Of a stretch of DNA of 64,000 nucleotides, positions 1 to 10,474 are shown one piece after another (within the stretch, counting starts at the first letter, position 1; every line of letters starts with the position of its first letter). Position numbers and translations under genes: made by a program. The notes under the pieces were generated by a model. The model did not search any database, had not been told where the DNA came from, and saw only the letters and a list, made by a program, of their open reading frames with translations. Origin of the DNA: Microgenomates group bacterium Gr01-1014_5 (GTDB lineage Bacteria > Patescibacteriota > Microgenomatia > UBA8517 > UBA10165); NCBI GenBank assembly GCA_007376395.1, contig VMGE01000002.1, positions 13,118 to 77,117 of the forward strand. Reading direction: 5' to 3'.

Positions 1-1235
1 TTCATTGTCATTCTTTCTAAACCAAACGAAAAACCGCCATGTGGAGGCATTCCGTATTTAAAAGCTTGGAGGTACATTTCAAAATCATCGGGATTCATCC
101 CTCTTTCTTTGATAATTTTAGAAAGTTCTTCATAATCATCAACCCGCTGACTGCCGCTTAAAACCTCTACCCCGCGGTATAAAAGATCATAGCTTAGACT
201 ATATTCTGGATCTTCTGGATCAGGTTTTGAATAAAATGCTCGCTTTTTGGTCGGATAATGGGTAACTGTAACAAAATCTGATTTGTGTTCTTCCAGCGCC
301 CAAGCGCAAATTTCCCTCTCGTCTTCCGGCGTTAAATCCGGGTCATTTGAAGGCTTTCTTCCAAGTCTTTTTGCAACAATTTCTTGCACTTCGCGCATTT
401 TTAATCTGGGAACTTTGGAGCCAATCTTTGGCGCTTCAACACCATAACTTTCCAAAATTTCGCGGCATTCTTGGGAGGTATAAGTCAACGTCTCTCGGCC
501 AATAAATTCAACAGCATCCAACAATTCTTCAAATCCAACAAATCCCAACTCGCAATCCATTTGGATAGATTCCGAAAGATGCCTTGTGGTAATTGACGGC
601 TCAGAACGGTAGGCATGTGACACTAAATAAACACGCTCGAACACCGGCACCATAATTTGCTTGTAAAGTTGAGGGCTTTGCGTCATAAAAGCTTGATGGC
701 CATAATAATCAACCTTGAAAACTTCTGCGCCTCCCTCGGTAGAAGAATATGAAATTGTTGGCACAAAAACTTCTGTGCACTCAAGTTTTTGAGCTGCACG
801 CCGGAAACCTTCCATAATGGCTTCTTGCACTTTAAAAATCTGTTTTACTTTCGGATGACGTAAAGTTAACGCGCGGTTATCTAACAGCGTCGGTAATTGA
901 AGTTCCAGTTTTTCAACACCCATATCAATAGGCAGTTCTTGAGCTTTTGCTAAGACTTCAATTTTTTCTGCTTGCAGTTCAACAGCACCTGTCGGAAGAT
1001 CCCGATTGACAAGCTTTTCGGGACGAGCGGCAACAATGCCTTCTACCGAAACTACGTCTTGCGGTTTTAATCCTTCGGCTAATCCGCCCTGGCAGACAAC
1101 CTGTAAAATTCCCGAGCGGTCGGAAACGTCAAGAAAAACAATTTTGCCGTGGTCACGGCGCGTCCAAACCCAGCCAGAGATTTTGACCTTATGCTCGACC
1201 TTGTCAGGTGTGTGGGTAATTAACGTCCGCTCCAT
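1..1235 (-). CDS. aspS: Aspartyl-tRNA synthetase, short (archaeal-like, probably non-discriminating) type; 3' end runs off the window
   Basis: Manual translation from ATG 1235 gives MERTLITHTPDKVEHKVKISGWVWTRRDHGKIVFLD (OB fold). Motif 3 YGMPPHGGFSFGLER lies at the window edge. Not in the ORF track. Confidence 0.88.
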   Translation of the reverse strand, partial: MERTLITHTPDKVEHKVKISGWVWTRRDHGKIVFLDVSDRSGILQVVCQGGLAEGLKPQDVVSVEGIVAARPEKLVNRDLPTGAVELQAEKIEVLAKAQELPIDMGVEKLELQLPTLLDNRALTLRHPKVKQIFKVQEAIMEGFRRAAQKLECTEVFVPTISYSSTEGGAEVFKVDYYGHQAFMTQSPQLYKQIMVPVFERVYLVSHAYRSEPSITTRHLSESIQMDCELGFVGFEELLDAVEFIGRETLTYTSQECREILESYGVEAPKIGSKVPRLKMREVQEIVAKRLGRKPSNDPDLTPEDEREICAWALEEHKSDFVTVTHYPTKKRAFYSKPDPEDPEYSLSYDLLYRGVEVLSGSQRVDDYEELSKIIKERGMNPDDFEMYLQAFKYGMPPHGGFSFGLERMTM

Positions 1236-1315
1236 AATAATTACAGTTATTTCAAGCTACTTGAAAAGTAGCGACATGCGATTAAATAATAGCTAGATAG
1301 GAACAAAAAGTCTAC

Positions 1316-3004
1316 TTAAATTGAAATACTCTTCAGTTTAAGCTGGAGGGATTTATTGCCATTCCAAACGTTTTCTTCAACTGCGTAAACAATATTTACT
1401 GGTAAATCTGGAGACAAATTTGCATACCACTCGCCCATCCGGAAACCAATTGCGGTAAAGACAGGGTGCTGGGATGTTGGGGTGTTAGCGTCCTGAGATA
1501 AGACAAGTTTTAAATGATTCTTCTCTTTACCTAAAAGTCTCGTTTCTAAAACGTTTACACCTCTTGTTTCAAATGCCGGCTCGGGATTTCCGAAACCAAA
1601 TGGCGCAAATTTAGCAATTTGACCCAACAAAGCTTCAGTTGCATCTGGAAGATTTATTTCGCAATCAATGCGTACGTTTTTTTTCAATACCTCGTCGCTA
1701 ATCTCTAATTCACTTATCTCCTCTAGTCTTTGTCCTAAAAGTTCAACATCCGATGTCTTGACTATAAAACCTGCCGCCATTGGATGACCACCAACGCTTT
1801 TAAATAACCCATCTCCTGCTTTTTTCAATAACTCTAAAATATTTACGCCAGAAATTGAACGCGCCGAGGCTTTTGCGTATTCATCTCCAATCGACAAAAC
1901 AACTGCTGGCCTGTGGTATTTATCAACTAACCGTCCGGCCGCTATTCCAATAACTCCTTCTTCATAACTTGCGTGGTAAACATACAAAAGTTTAGGGATG
2001 TTTCCGTCAGACCAAACTGGATCAAGGTGATTATCTGTGACATGCGAAACAACGGCTTCTGTTTTTTCCTGCCTTAGGCGATTACTCTTGCACAGTTTTT
2101 CCGCTAACACCCTAGCTCTTTCCCTATCTCTTACACATAAGAGCCTGAGACTCTCCATAGCGTGATCTACCCTTCCTGCAGCATTTAAATGCGGGCCTAA
2201 AATAAAACCTATGTGGTAAGTATCTAAAGTATCCTGGGAAACGGCCGCCTCGCGGCAAAGTGTTTTTATTCCCAAGCGGGAACTAGTGCGCAAAACCTCT
2301 AATCCGTGAACAACAAGCTGGCGGTTAATGTCAACCAGGGGTAGAACGTCGGCGATGGTTCCGAGAGCCACTAGCCCAAGGTGGTCAGATGGAGTACTAG
2401 GGTGTTGGGGCACTAGAGTATCAGTTCCCAGCACGCCAACACACTGATACACTAGCTCCCTGGCAAGAATCCATGCGACAGCCGAGCCGGAGATTTGTGT
2501 AGTATGGATAACTGCCAAAGCTCCGGGTGTTTTTCCCCCAGGCTGGTGATGATCTGTAATGATAACATCTAATCCTTGTTGTTTTGCAAACTCCAAACCT
2601 TCGTATGCGGTAATACCGTTATCTACAGTAATCAATAGTTTGCAATCTTTAATTTCTAATTTTAAATTTTTAATTCCTGTCTCTGACAGGCCGTACCCTT
2701 CTGTAAAACGGCTGGGAATATAAGGCATTGCGCGAGCACCCAACGCATCTAAAGTCTCCCAGAGAATAGCAGTTGCAGAAATTCCGTCAACGTCATAATC
2801 ACCATAAACAATAATTTTTTCCTTAAGTCTGATTGCCTCCTTAATCCGTTTTACGGCTTTATCGAGTTGATTTTGGTCTACACCAAAATCTTTTGCTGTT
2901 AATTTCTCGGGGTTCGGTGGATTAAAAAACTCCTCTTTTTGCTTCTTTGTTTTAATCCCACGATTCTGAAGGAGAATCTCTATTATCCTTTCAATACTTT
3001 TCAT
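1316..3004 (-). CDS. recJ: ssDNA exonuclease RecJ
   Basis: GDYDVDG, ITVDNG, TDHH and GGHPMAAG motifs (DHH/DHHA1). Likely start is ATG 3004. Confidence 0.95.
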   Translation of the reverse strand: MKSIERIIEILLQNRGIKTKKQKEEFFNPPNPEKLTAKDFGVDQNQLDKAVKRIKEAIRLKEKIIVYGDYDVDGISATAILWETLDALGARAMPYIPSRFTEGYGLSETGIKNLKLEIKDCKLLITVDNGITAYEGLEFAKQQGLDVIITDHHQPGGKTPGALAVIHTTQISGSAVAWILARELVYQCVGVLGTDTLVPQHPSTPSDHLGLVALGTIADVLPLVDINRQLVVHGLEVLRTSSRLGIKTLCREAAVSQDTLDTYHIGFILGPHLNAAGRVDHAMESLRLLCVRDRERARVLAEKLCKSNRLRQEKTEAVVSHVTDNHLDPVWSDGNIPKLLYVYHASYEEGVIGIAAGRLVDKYHRPAVVLSIGDEYAKASARSISGVNILELLKKAGDGLFKSVGGHPMAAGFIVKTSDVELLGQRLEEISELEISDEVLKKNVRIDCEINLPDATEALLGQIAKFAPFGFGNPEPAFETRGVNVLETRLLGKEKNHLKLVLSQDANTPTSQHPVFTAIGFRMGEWYANLSPDLPVNIVYAVEENVWNGNKSLQLKLKSISI

Positions 3005-3029
3005 ACCCTTGGTTTGATAGAATGATACC

Positions 3030-4409
3030 ATGACTGCGAAGGTAAGACGGCAGATTAAAATTCCCCCATTTGTTAAAAATATTTTAGACAAGTTCGCTAA
3101 GGCTGGATATGAGATTTATATTGTCGGCGGGGCTGTGCGTGATGTTCTGATGAGTAAGGAGACTTACGATTGGGATTTTACAACTAATGCCACACCCGAC
3201 GAGATTCTACAAGTCTTCCCTGAAGGCTTCTATGACAACAAATTCGGCACAGTCGGATTGGCCGATGAGTCGCATCACAACCCATATGAAATCACCACTT
3301 TTCGTCGTGAGACGGGATATTCTGACCGCAGACGTCCTGATCACGTAGAATGGGGAAAGTCTTTAAAAGAAGATTTGGCACGGCGCGATTTCACGATCAA
3401 CGCGATGGCCCTTCGACTCGTTCCACTCGCTCAGGGTAAACACTCTTTTGAAGTCATAGATATGTTTGGCGGTAGACAAGATTTGAAGACAAAGCTTATC
3501 CGGGCGGTTGGAAACGCTGTTGAAAGATTTGACGAAGACGCCCTGCGCATGATGCGGGCAGTGAGGATAGCGGCTGAACTTGGTTTCGAAATCGAACCCA
3601 AGACGTTTGAGGCAATTAAAATACACTCGGCTTCCGTAAAACACGTTGCCTGGGAAAGAATCAAAGCAGAACTTTTCAAAACCTTGGCTTCTGACAATCC
3701 TTACGAGGGCGTGATGTTACTTTATAACTCGGGTCTCTTGGAGCAAATCTTGCCCGAGATTATAGAAGGGTTTGGTGTTGAACAAAAAAGTCCAGAACGG
3801 CACCATATTTATGACGTGGGAACTCATTGCCTGTATGCCTTAAAGTTTTGCCCCTCGCGCGATCCACTCGTGCGCTTTGCAACACTAATCCACGACATCG
3901 GCAAACCAAAGACACAAAAAATCACAGCCGCGGGTGTTATTACCTTTTACAACCATGAAGTAGTTGGCGCAAGACTGGCAAAAGAAATTGCCGATAGGCT
4001 GCGTTTTTCACGCGATGAGCGCGACAGGCTTTGGAGGCTTGTGCGCTGGCACCAATTTACTGTTTCAGAAAAACAAACAGACACTGCTTTGCGCAGGTTT
4101 ATAAGAAACGTAGGGAAGGAAAATGTACAAGATATGCTTGATTTGCGTACCGGCGACAGACTTGGCGGGGGTGCGGCAGAAACCTCTTGGCGGTTGGAAG
4201 AATTTAAAGAGCGTTTAGAAGAAGTGCAACTTCAACCTTTTTCAGTCCGTGATTTGAAAGTAAACGGCAAAGATATTATGCAAACCTTGAATATTCCTTC
4301 AGGACCAATAATCGGCAAAATTCTAAACGAGCTGTTTGGCGAAGTTGAAAAAGATCAGTCCAGAAATACCCGCGAATATTTACTGCAAAGGATTGAAAAA
4401 TATAAATAA
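3030..4409 (+). CDS. cca: CCA tRNA nucleotidyltransferase with HD domain
   Basis: VGGAVRD, DWDFTT, RRDFTINAMA, EDALRMMR and HDIGKP motifs. Confidence 0.9.
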   Translation: MTAKVRRQIKIPPFVKNILDKFAKAGYEIYIVGGAVRDVLMSKETYDWDFTTNATPDEILQVFPEGFYDNKFGTVGLADESHHNPYEITTFRRETGYSDRRRPDHVEWGKSLKEDLARRDFTINAMALRLVPLAQGKHSFEVIDMFGGRQDLKTKLIRAVGNAVERFDEDALRMMRAVRIAAELGFEIEPKTFEAIKIHSASVKHVAWERIKAELFKTLASDNPYEGVMLLYNSGLLEQILPEIIEGFGVEQKSPERHHIYDVGTHCLYALKFCPSRDPLVRFATLIHDIGKPKTQKITAAGVITFYNHEVVGARLAKEIADRLRFSRDERDRLWRLVRWHQFTVSEKQTDTALRRFIRNVGKENVQDMLDLRTGDRLGGGAAETSWRLEEFKERLEEVQLQPFSVRDLKVNGKDIMQTLNIPSGPIIGKILNELFGEVEKDQSRNTREYLLQRIEKYK

Positions 4410-4417
4410 GGTGACTG

Positions 4418-5314
4418 TTATCTCTTTTTACCCCTCCACCATTTTTCCAATTCTTCCCAAGTAACAAGTAGCGGAACAGCGACAAACGGCGAAGAGTAAG
4501 TTCCGGAAACTGTGCCTACAAGAAGAGCCGCGACAAACCACTTTATAGTCGTTCCCCCCATAATAAAGAGGGCAAACAGCATAAAAATAATCGTTAATGA
4601 ATTATTGACCGATCGGACTAGGGTTTCTGATACTGCTTTGTTTGCTAAATCGTACAAAGGCACCCCCGGATGTTTGCGCATTGATTCGCGTACCCGGTCG
4701 TAGACAACAATCGTATCGTGTACTGAAAAGGAAAGGATGGTCAGCATTGCCGTCACAAAAAGAATATCTACTTCTACTCCCATATAGTGTCCGAGTGCCG
4801 CAAACGTACCCAAAAGAGCCACCGAGTCATGGATCATCGCCAAAATCGCGGAAACTCCAAACTTCAAACTTTTAAACTGATAGGTAACCCACAGCAAAAT
4901 CCCTAAAGAAGCAATGGCTACCGCAACATAGGTTTTACGCAATATCTCCTGCGACAGGGCAGGTCCAACAGACTCAAAGCGCACAATTTCAGGATTTTCA
5001 CCCAAAGCTTGACTTAAACTTGCGCCTAATTTTCCTGCTTTCTCTTGGTTAAATTCCGGGCCGTATTTTAACTGAAGCGTCCGCGCGGCAGATTGTGTAA
5101 TTGATTTTGGCGCTTCTTCTTTTTTTGCCTCTAAAGCAGTTTTTATTGAATCAGGGCTTTGTTGAGAAGGAAAGCGGTAATCAACAGTTACCCCTCCGGT
5201 AAAATCAATTGAATAACGGAATCCCCAAACAAAAATAGCGTAAAGTGACAGGGCTAGGGCTAGTCCAGAAACTAGCAGATACAAAGGCCTAAGCTTCATC
5301 CAATTCAGACTCAT
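4418..5314 (-). CDS. secF: Protein translocase subunit SecF
   Basis: IDFTGG, HDTIVVYDRVRE, multiple TM helices, follows secD. Confidence 0.95.
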   Translation of the reverse strand: MSLNWMKLRPLYLLVSGLALALSLYAIFVWGFRYSIDFTGGVTVDYRFPSQQSPDSIKTALEAKKEEAPKSITQSAARTLQLKYGPEFNQEKAGKLGASLSQALGENPEIVRFESVGPALSQEILRKTYVAVAIASLGILLWVTYQFKSLKFGVSAILAMIHDSVALLGTFAALGHYMGVEVDILFVTAMLTILSFSVHDTIVVYDRVRESMRKHPGVPLYDLANKAVSETLVRSVNNSLTIIFMLFALFIMGGTTIKWFVAALLVGTVSGTYSSPFVAVPLLVTWEELEKWWRGKKR

Positions 5315-6666
5315 TCTTTCCTCCTTCCAAACGTACGCAATAGCGTGCGTGTGGCAAAAACGCCGGTAAACAAGCTTAGGGCAATTCCCAATCCCAAAGT
5401 AAGGGCAAACCCGCGGACAGGTCCGGAAGTATGCAAAAACTCGAGGTTGAGAGGGTTAAATAAAATAAAAACAGTGACCAGAGTCGCGATGTTTGCGTCG
5501 CGAATTGAATCCCAAGCACGTCCAAATCCTGCTTCCATGGCGTCCTGCCAACGCCTACCCGCTCTTAGCTCCTCCTTCATACGCTCAAAAATTAAAATGT
5601 TTGAATCAACCGCCATTCCCACAGAAAGAATAAAACCCGCAATCCCGGGCAAGGTCAAAACAATAGGAATTAATTTATAAAGCGCTAAAGAGAGAATCCC
5701 ATAAATAACCAAGGCGACGCTTGCCAAAAAGCCTAACTTTCCGTAGTAAAGAACCATAAAAAGAACGACCATCGTCAAGCCAACCACTCCAGCCACCACG
5801 CTTGCCTGCACAGACTCTCTCCCCAGACTTGCTTCTATTGTTCTTTGCTCAATTAAAGTAACCGGTATCGGCAATGCTCCGGAATTTAAAAGAGATGATA
5901 AAGTTTTGGTTTGCGAGGTCGTAAAACTACCGTTTATTTGCCCTACTCCTTCGGTTATGGGTGTGTTGACAATTGGAGCAGAAATCGGGTTCTCGTCTAA
6001 AAAGATCGCCAGGGGCTTGCCGACAAGCCTACTCGTTATATCACCAAATTTTTTCTTCCCTTCATCTTTAGTCTCAAACTCTATAATCGGCTCGCTGGTG
6101 GTAGAACTAAAACCCGGCCGCGCACGTTTAAAGTCAGCACCCGTAAAACCGGTAGGTTTTGTATTGGCAAGCGTCAGGGGTGTTCCCGACACGGTTGCCT
6201 CATCCGGGTTTACTAACTCGCGGAAATCAAGCTGGGCAGTACGGCCAATTAAATCTACGGCGCTTTGTGTATCTTTCACCCCAGGAAGTTCTATAAGGAT
6301 ACGGTGTGACTGTCCTATTTTAGAAGTCTGGACAGTTGCCTCTGAAACACCAAAGATATTAACGCGCCTCTCTATTGCCCGCCTTGTCCCGTCAAGGGCC
6401 GAAACCAAATCTTCTTGCGGAAGTTTGGACACATCGGCTTCAAAAGTTAAATGACTGCCTCCGGCAAGGTCTAATCCTAGTTTAAGTTCGAAGTCGCGGA
6501 CAAAAACAAAGTCTCCGTTTCTAAATAAAATCGGCTGGCGAACAAGAGTAGAGTCAACTCTAACTCCCAAGAAATCTAATTTAATCGGAAAAGACGCAGG
6601 CAGAACGAAAAGTAAAGATAAAAACGTTATAAAAAAGATGAAAGCTAATTTTTTCACAGGCAGCAT
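5311..6666 (-). CDS. secD: Protein translocase subunit SecD
   Basis: LGLDLAGG and GMAVDSNILIFERMKEE. Confidence 0.95.
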   Translation of the reverse strand: MLPVKKLAFIFFITFLSLLFVLPASFPIKLDFLGVRVDSTLVRQPILFRNGDFVFVRDFELKLGLDLAGGSHLTFEADVSKLPQEDLVSALDGTRRAIERRVNIFGVSEATVQTSKIGQSHRILIELPGVKDTQSAVDLIGRTAQLDFRELVNPDEATVSGTPLTLANTKPTGFTGADFKRARPGFSSTTSEPIIEFETKDEGKKKFGDITSRLVGKPLAIFLDENPISAPIVNTPITEGVGQINGSFTTSQTKTLSSLLNSGALPIPVTLIEQRTIEASLGRESVQASVVAGVVGLTMVVLFMVLYYGKLGFLASVALVIYGILSLALYKLIPIVLTLPGIAGFILSVGMAVDSNILIFERMKEELRAGRRWQDAMEAGFGRAWDSIRDANIATLVTVFILFNPLNLEFLHTSGPVRGFALTLGLGIALSLFTGVFATRTLLRTFGRRKE

Positions 6667-6872
6667 TACTGTTGTTTCCTTTTGCGCGTCTTGAAGAACT
6701 TCTCGTCAAGCGCAAGTTGACGGGATTCAGCAAATTGATAAACCAGCCTCCCTTTTTCTTTTTCTTCCCGTAATTTGACGTAATCTCCTGATTTTATGCC
6801 AACCGCCATAACAAAACGGGAAGGAATGGTTACAGCTAGACTATTTCCTGTTCGAAAAACCTTTTGTACCAT
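6666..6872 (-). CDS. AbrB/MazE/SpoVT-family DNA-binding protein
   Basis: KVFRTGNSLAVTIPS...GIKSGD signature. Confidence 0.8.
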   Translation of the reverse strand: MVQKVFRTGNSLAVTIPSRFVMAVGIKSGDYVKLREEKEKGRLVYQFAESRQLALDEKFFKTRKRKQQ

Positions 6873-6879
6873 TGTTTGG

Positions 6880-7464
6880 TTAATTAACAAAATCGTGCTC
6901 ACTGCCAATAATCATCACTCGGCTACCGGTCAAAATTCCAAGAATAAATGGGTCGCGCCTGGTTTTACGGAATCCAAACTCTTCACGCGTCATTGGGCTG
7001 TAAGTTATTTCAATTCCCCGCTTTGCTTCTTCTTGGTGGATTAAATTGCCAAGCTCAGGTAAAACCACTTCTCCCACTACTAAAACATCTACCTGGTCTG
7101 TGTTACTTCTTTCTAAATGCCTGACAAACTCACCTGAAAACATGACAAAGCTTAATTTTCCTAATTTGCCGCGGTTTTTGCGGATGGCAAAACCCAAGCC
7201 CGTGGTTTTGGCCACAAGCTGTAATAGTTCTTGAAAAAAAGGATAGTCTTTGTTAAACCAATAATAGAGTCTGTTGCCGCGTGCTTCTTTGTATACCATG
7301 CCGGCTTCTTCCATTCTCGCCAGTTCACGGCGCACTGCGTTAATTTCTTCATTGGTTCGGCGCACAAGGTCGCGCACGTGATACATTTCCTTGGGGTTTT
7401 CAAGGAGACTTTTAAGGAGCTTAACTCTTACTTTCGAAACTAAAAAATCGGTTAGGCTGGCCAT
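6880..7464 (-). CDS. Winged-helix regulator fused to a nucleotidyltransferase-like domain
   Basis: N-terminal wHTH (VRDLVRRTNEEINAVRRELARME); C-terminal FSG...DQVDVLVVG. Confidence 0.65.
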   Translation of the reverse strand: MASLTDFLVSKVRVKLLKSLLENPKEMYHVRDLVRRTNEEINAVRRELARMEEAGMVYKEARGNRLYYWFNKDYPFFQELLQLVAKTTGLGFAIRKNRGKLGKLSFVMFSGEFVRHLERSNTDQVDVLVVGEVVLPELGNLIHQEEAKRGIEITYSPMTREEFGFRKTRRDPFILGILTGSRVMIIGSEHDFVN

Positions 7465-7503
7465 ATATATGCTTCATGTTGGGCAGTCCCGATTTAATCG
7501 GGA

Positions 7504-8664
7504 TTAATATGTTACTTTACTTGTTGGGTCGGTTACTTCAATCCAGATTGGGCCGCGTACAAAACTAATCTCTTTCCCTTTGGCGTCCGTAAAACGGGTG
7601 CGGGTGCTTCTTGTTGTTTTTTTCCAAGTCGCTTGAATAACATTGCCGTTTTGGAAAACCAAAGCCTTGCCGCTTCCAATTGTGTCATACAGCATATGTT
7701 TCAATTCATCAATCGGGCCTTTTGATTTTGTGTAGAGAATAACAACGTTTGCAGCCGATACTTGCTGGTCGTTGTTCATATCTTTGTGGATTTGCCCTCC
7801 GTTTTCTCTTTTATAAGAGTTTGAGGCAGAATCGTAATTCCAAGCAACCGCATATTGAGTCTGACCTTCCCAAAAAGGAAAAGATATTTTTGTTGCCGTT
7901 GGGTTTTCTACTGCTTTGCCGTCAACAAACGGCCATTTAACAAAATCTTCGTCCCAAGCGTTACCTTTTTTATCTTTAGCAAACAAGCCGCGTTTTTCTG
8001 CTACAGTCCACAATTTGTCAGTCGTTGAATACATGGTGTGCTCTGTCGCCACAGTCCTGTCGAAACGTTCATAGTCGCGCCAAAAAGTAGGAAAGCCTAT
8101 TGAGAATTGATTTAAATCATTGTATTGTTCCCAGCCATATTTGCGAACTGCCCCCAAAGCATCGGCAGGACCCGGCTTGTTGGCTCCTCCGACGTGGACA
8201 TATAAGGGATACTCTCCATACTCAGACGCCCAATCCATAAAGTAAATACGCGCGGAACGAACCGGTCCAACTTGGGTTTCTTCTGCCGCAACTCCGCAAT
8301 AAAAAACAGACAAGAAACGCGTAACTCCACCCTCGGCTATTGCTTCGTACACTATGTCTGCCTTTGATAAACCCGATTGAGGACGGGCTTCTTCATGGTT
8401 TTCAATACTCACGGTCAACGGCCGTCTCTTTTCCCAAACCTCACGCTCGGCCTTTGTATACATACCGCCGTTAAGAGGGCATTCTTCTGTTTTCGGGAGA
8501 GAGGTATCAATCTTTGCTCTTTTATCCTGAACCCCAGCAGGAGACAAGACTGGAGTGGAAATTAGGGCGCTAAACACAAAATAAGAAACCCCGGAAGTTA
8601 ATAGATAAAGACCTACTCCGCCCAGAATAAATTTAGCTTTTTGTGATTGCAGAAAATTCCCCAT
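7504..8664 (-). CDS. DUF3048 (YerB-like) membrane-anchored protein
   Basis: RPLTVSIEN, ARPQSGLSKADIVYE, EGGVTRF, GPVRSAR; N-terminal TM helix. Confidence 0.85.
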   Translation of the reverse strand: MGNFLQSQKAKFILGGVGLYLLTSGVSYFVFSALISTPVLSPAGVQDKRAKIDTSLPKTEECPLNGGMYTKAEREVWEKRRPLTVSIENHEEARPQSGLSKADIVYEAIAEGGVTRFLSVFYCGVAAEETQVGPVRSARIYFMDWASEYGEYPLYVHVGGANKPGPADALGAVRKYGWEQYNDLNQFSIGFPTFWRDYERFDRTVATEHTMYSTTDKLWTVAEKRGLFAKDKKGNAWDEDFVKWPFVDGKAVENPTATKISFPFWEGQTQYAVAWNYDSASNSYKRENGGQIHKDMNNDQQVSAANVVILYTKSKGPIDELKHMLYDTIGSGKALVFQNGNVIQATWKKTTRSTRTRFTDAKGKEISFVRGPIWIEVTDPTSKVTY

Positions 8665-8702
8665 CTTTTAATTATACTAATTATCTAATCTCTAATCTCT
8701 AA

Positions 8703-9158
8703 TCAACTTTTCTTAACCGCCTCTTCAAGTGCCTGTTTTTCTTCGACAGACAACTCATACTTCGATTTACCACTTACCACCGGCTTGACATAAATTCTTG
8801 TGCCTTCCCGCCCATGCAGGCTTAATAGAACTACTCCTGAATTATTACCGTCAAGCAGAGCTAAAGCAAAAGACTGATTGCTCCCTGTATTAGAATATGG
8901 GTTAAAACGCACTGATGCAACTTTAGATATATGGCTTTGGGTTTTTTTATCTAAGACCCCCAGGCCTCCTTCGACCTTTTTTAAATGTTCGGCAAGATTT
9001 GCCTGTCCGGAAAGCAGGCGTTCAAGGATACTCCTCAAGTCCGTGCGCCCGGTCGTTGCAACAAGCTTCTTGTAATGCTGGTCAGTTTGCCACAGCCAAA
9101 ATGTTATCACGGCAAGCCAGATAATTAAAACTAAAAATGCCGCACCGCTGAGTAACAT
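8703..9158 (-). CDS. DUF4446 family membrane protein
   Basis: VRFNPY, QSFALALLD, LSVEEKQAL. Confidence 0.8.
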   Translation of the reverse strand: MLLSGAAFLVLIIWLAVITFWLWQTDQHYKKLVATTGRTDLRSILERLLSGQANLAEHLKKVEGGLGVLDKKTQSHISKVASVRFNPYSNTGSNQSFALALLDGNNSGVVLLSLHGREGTRIYVKPVVSGKSKYELSVEEKQALEEAVKKS

Positions 9159-9170
9159 TTAGACTCACTA

Positions 9171-9199
9171 ATTGTATTTGCCGCACCCCAAAGAGTCAA
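9171..9199 (-). promoter_or_regulatory. Sigma70 promoter for the DUF4446 gene
   Basis: TTGACT-17 nt-TACAAT on the minus strand. Confidence 0.6.
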
Positions 9200-9202
9200 G
9201 AC

Positions 9203-10474
9203 TTATTCGTAAAACCATGCAAAACCCGGCTCTGCAACTTCTTTGATATTACTTTTTAACATTTTGTAAACTCCGTCTTCTTTTATTGTTTCCCATGTTC
9301 CTTCGTAAAAGTGCATTTCGGCTTCTCCGTCCACCCAGTTTTTTGTCGAGAACTTAACAAGGGCGGTGTCCTTAGTATTTTCAAACTGTTCGGATTTGAT
9401 AACATTGACGTCCAAAATATCGGTAAACCGGTTTGTCCATTCTTCGAAATTGGTCTTTTTCAGATACTCACGGCTTAATAACTTAAAACCGTCTTCCATC
9501 CTGCGGGCTTTGAGGTAAGTATAAAAAGCTTTAACCGCCTCTTCCGGAGAAACAGAAGGGTCAACCTCTATTTTTGCGACGTTTTGATCGGTGAAGTCCG
9601 GCACCATTGTTTTTGCCGAGTCAGCATTGATAAAGAGCGACAATCCGGCAAGACTCATTGTATTTATCCCTACAACAGCCCCGCATTGGTCAACCAAAGG
9701 CCCACCACTCATTCCCTTGACCAAACTAATATCGGTTTGGGTGTAGCCGATGGGCATTTGCTTGGATTTCCTAAAGTCAATAAATCTCCCCCTAAGGCTT
9801 GTAGCCTTACCGGTTAAACTGGTTCCCAAGGCGTATCCGGTCGCAATAAGCTGCTCGTCTGCGTAAAGGGCTATCGAGTCAGGCAAGGGCAAAACAAGGT
9901 CAGCGTAATGTTTCTCGATAAACAAAACCGCCAAGTCAATATCTTTATTACCAAGAATTTTAGTTGGAGTAACAAAATTTCCGTCAGGAAAAATGATTTT
10001 GGGGCTTGGTTCGTAGGCAATTACATGGAAGTTGGTAAGCACTTGGTCGGGAGCGATGAAAAATCCCGTCCCTTCTGAATAGCCGCCGACTACACGAACA
10101 ACCGAGCCTACCATTTTGTCCCGTACCCCAAAAGAGCAAAGAAACTTACCCATATAGCCATATTGATTGGTTAGATAATCTGCTATCACAAAAAGGGAGG
10201 CAACTAAATAAATGCAGATCCCCAAAATAAAAATCGACTTTAAAAAGTTTTTAAGACTCCTGAACGGAAAAATAACCGCCTCAAAAACAATTACTGCCAG
10301 TCCAAGTAAAGTCTTAATAATTATTTTTATGAGGTAGTAGAGAGAGTAAGTCACGAGCTTTAAGGGGAAAAGGTAAAGAGGGAAAAGAAGCCGCTTAAAA
10401 TAAGCCTTTAGCCGTTTAACAAGATTAAACCCGCGGGTACGGATTTTGTTCGCCAACTTTTCAAAGAGATCCAT
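9203..10474 (-). CDS. Membrane-anchored trypsin-like serine protease
   Basis: GTGF, LTNFHVI, DLAVL and GMSGGPL catalytic triad motifs; N-terminal TM segments. Confidence 0.85.
   Translation of the reverse strand: MDLFEKLANKIRTRGFNLVKRLKAYFKRLLFPLYLFPLKLVTYSLYYLIKIIIKTLLGLAVIVFEAVIFPFRSLKNFLKSIFILGICIYLVASLFVIADYLTNQYGYMGKFLCSFGVRDKMVGSVVRVVGGYSEGTGFFIAPDQVLTNFHVIAYEPSPKIIFPDGNFVTPTKILGNKDIDLAVLFIEKHYADLVLPLPDSIALYADEQLIATGYALGTSLTGKATSLRGRFIDFRKSKQMPIGYTQTDISLVKGMSGGPLVDQCGAVVGINTMSLAGLSLFINADSAKTMVPDFTDQNVAKIEVDPSVSPEEAVKAFYTYLKARRMEDGFKLLSREYLKKTNFEEWTNRFTDILDVNVIKSEQFENTKDTALVKFSTKNWVDGEAEMHFYEGTWETIKEDGVYKMLKSNIKEVAEPGFAWFYE

Noticed and set aside
1006-1296. 96-aa plus-strand ORF and the many other antisense ORFs over secD, recA, ribosomal genes and tuf
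   Set aside because: These are shadow frames of well-supported genes on the opposite strand.
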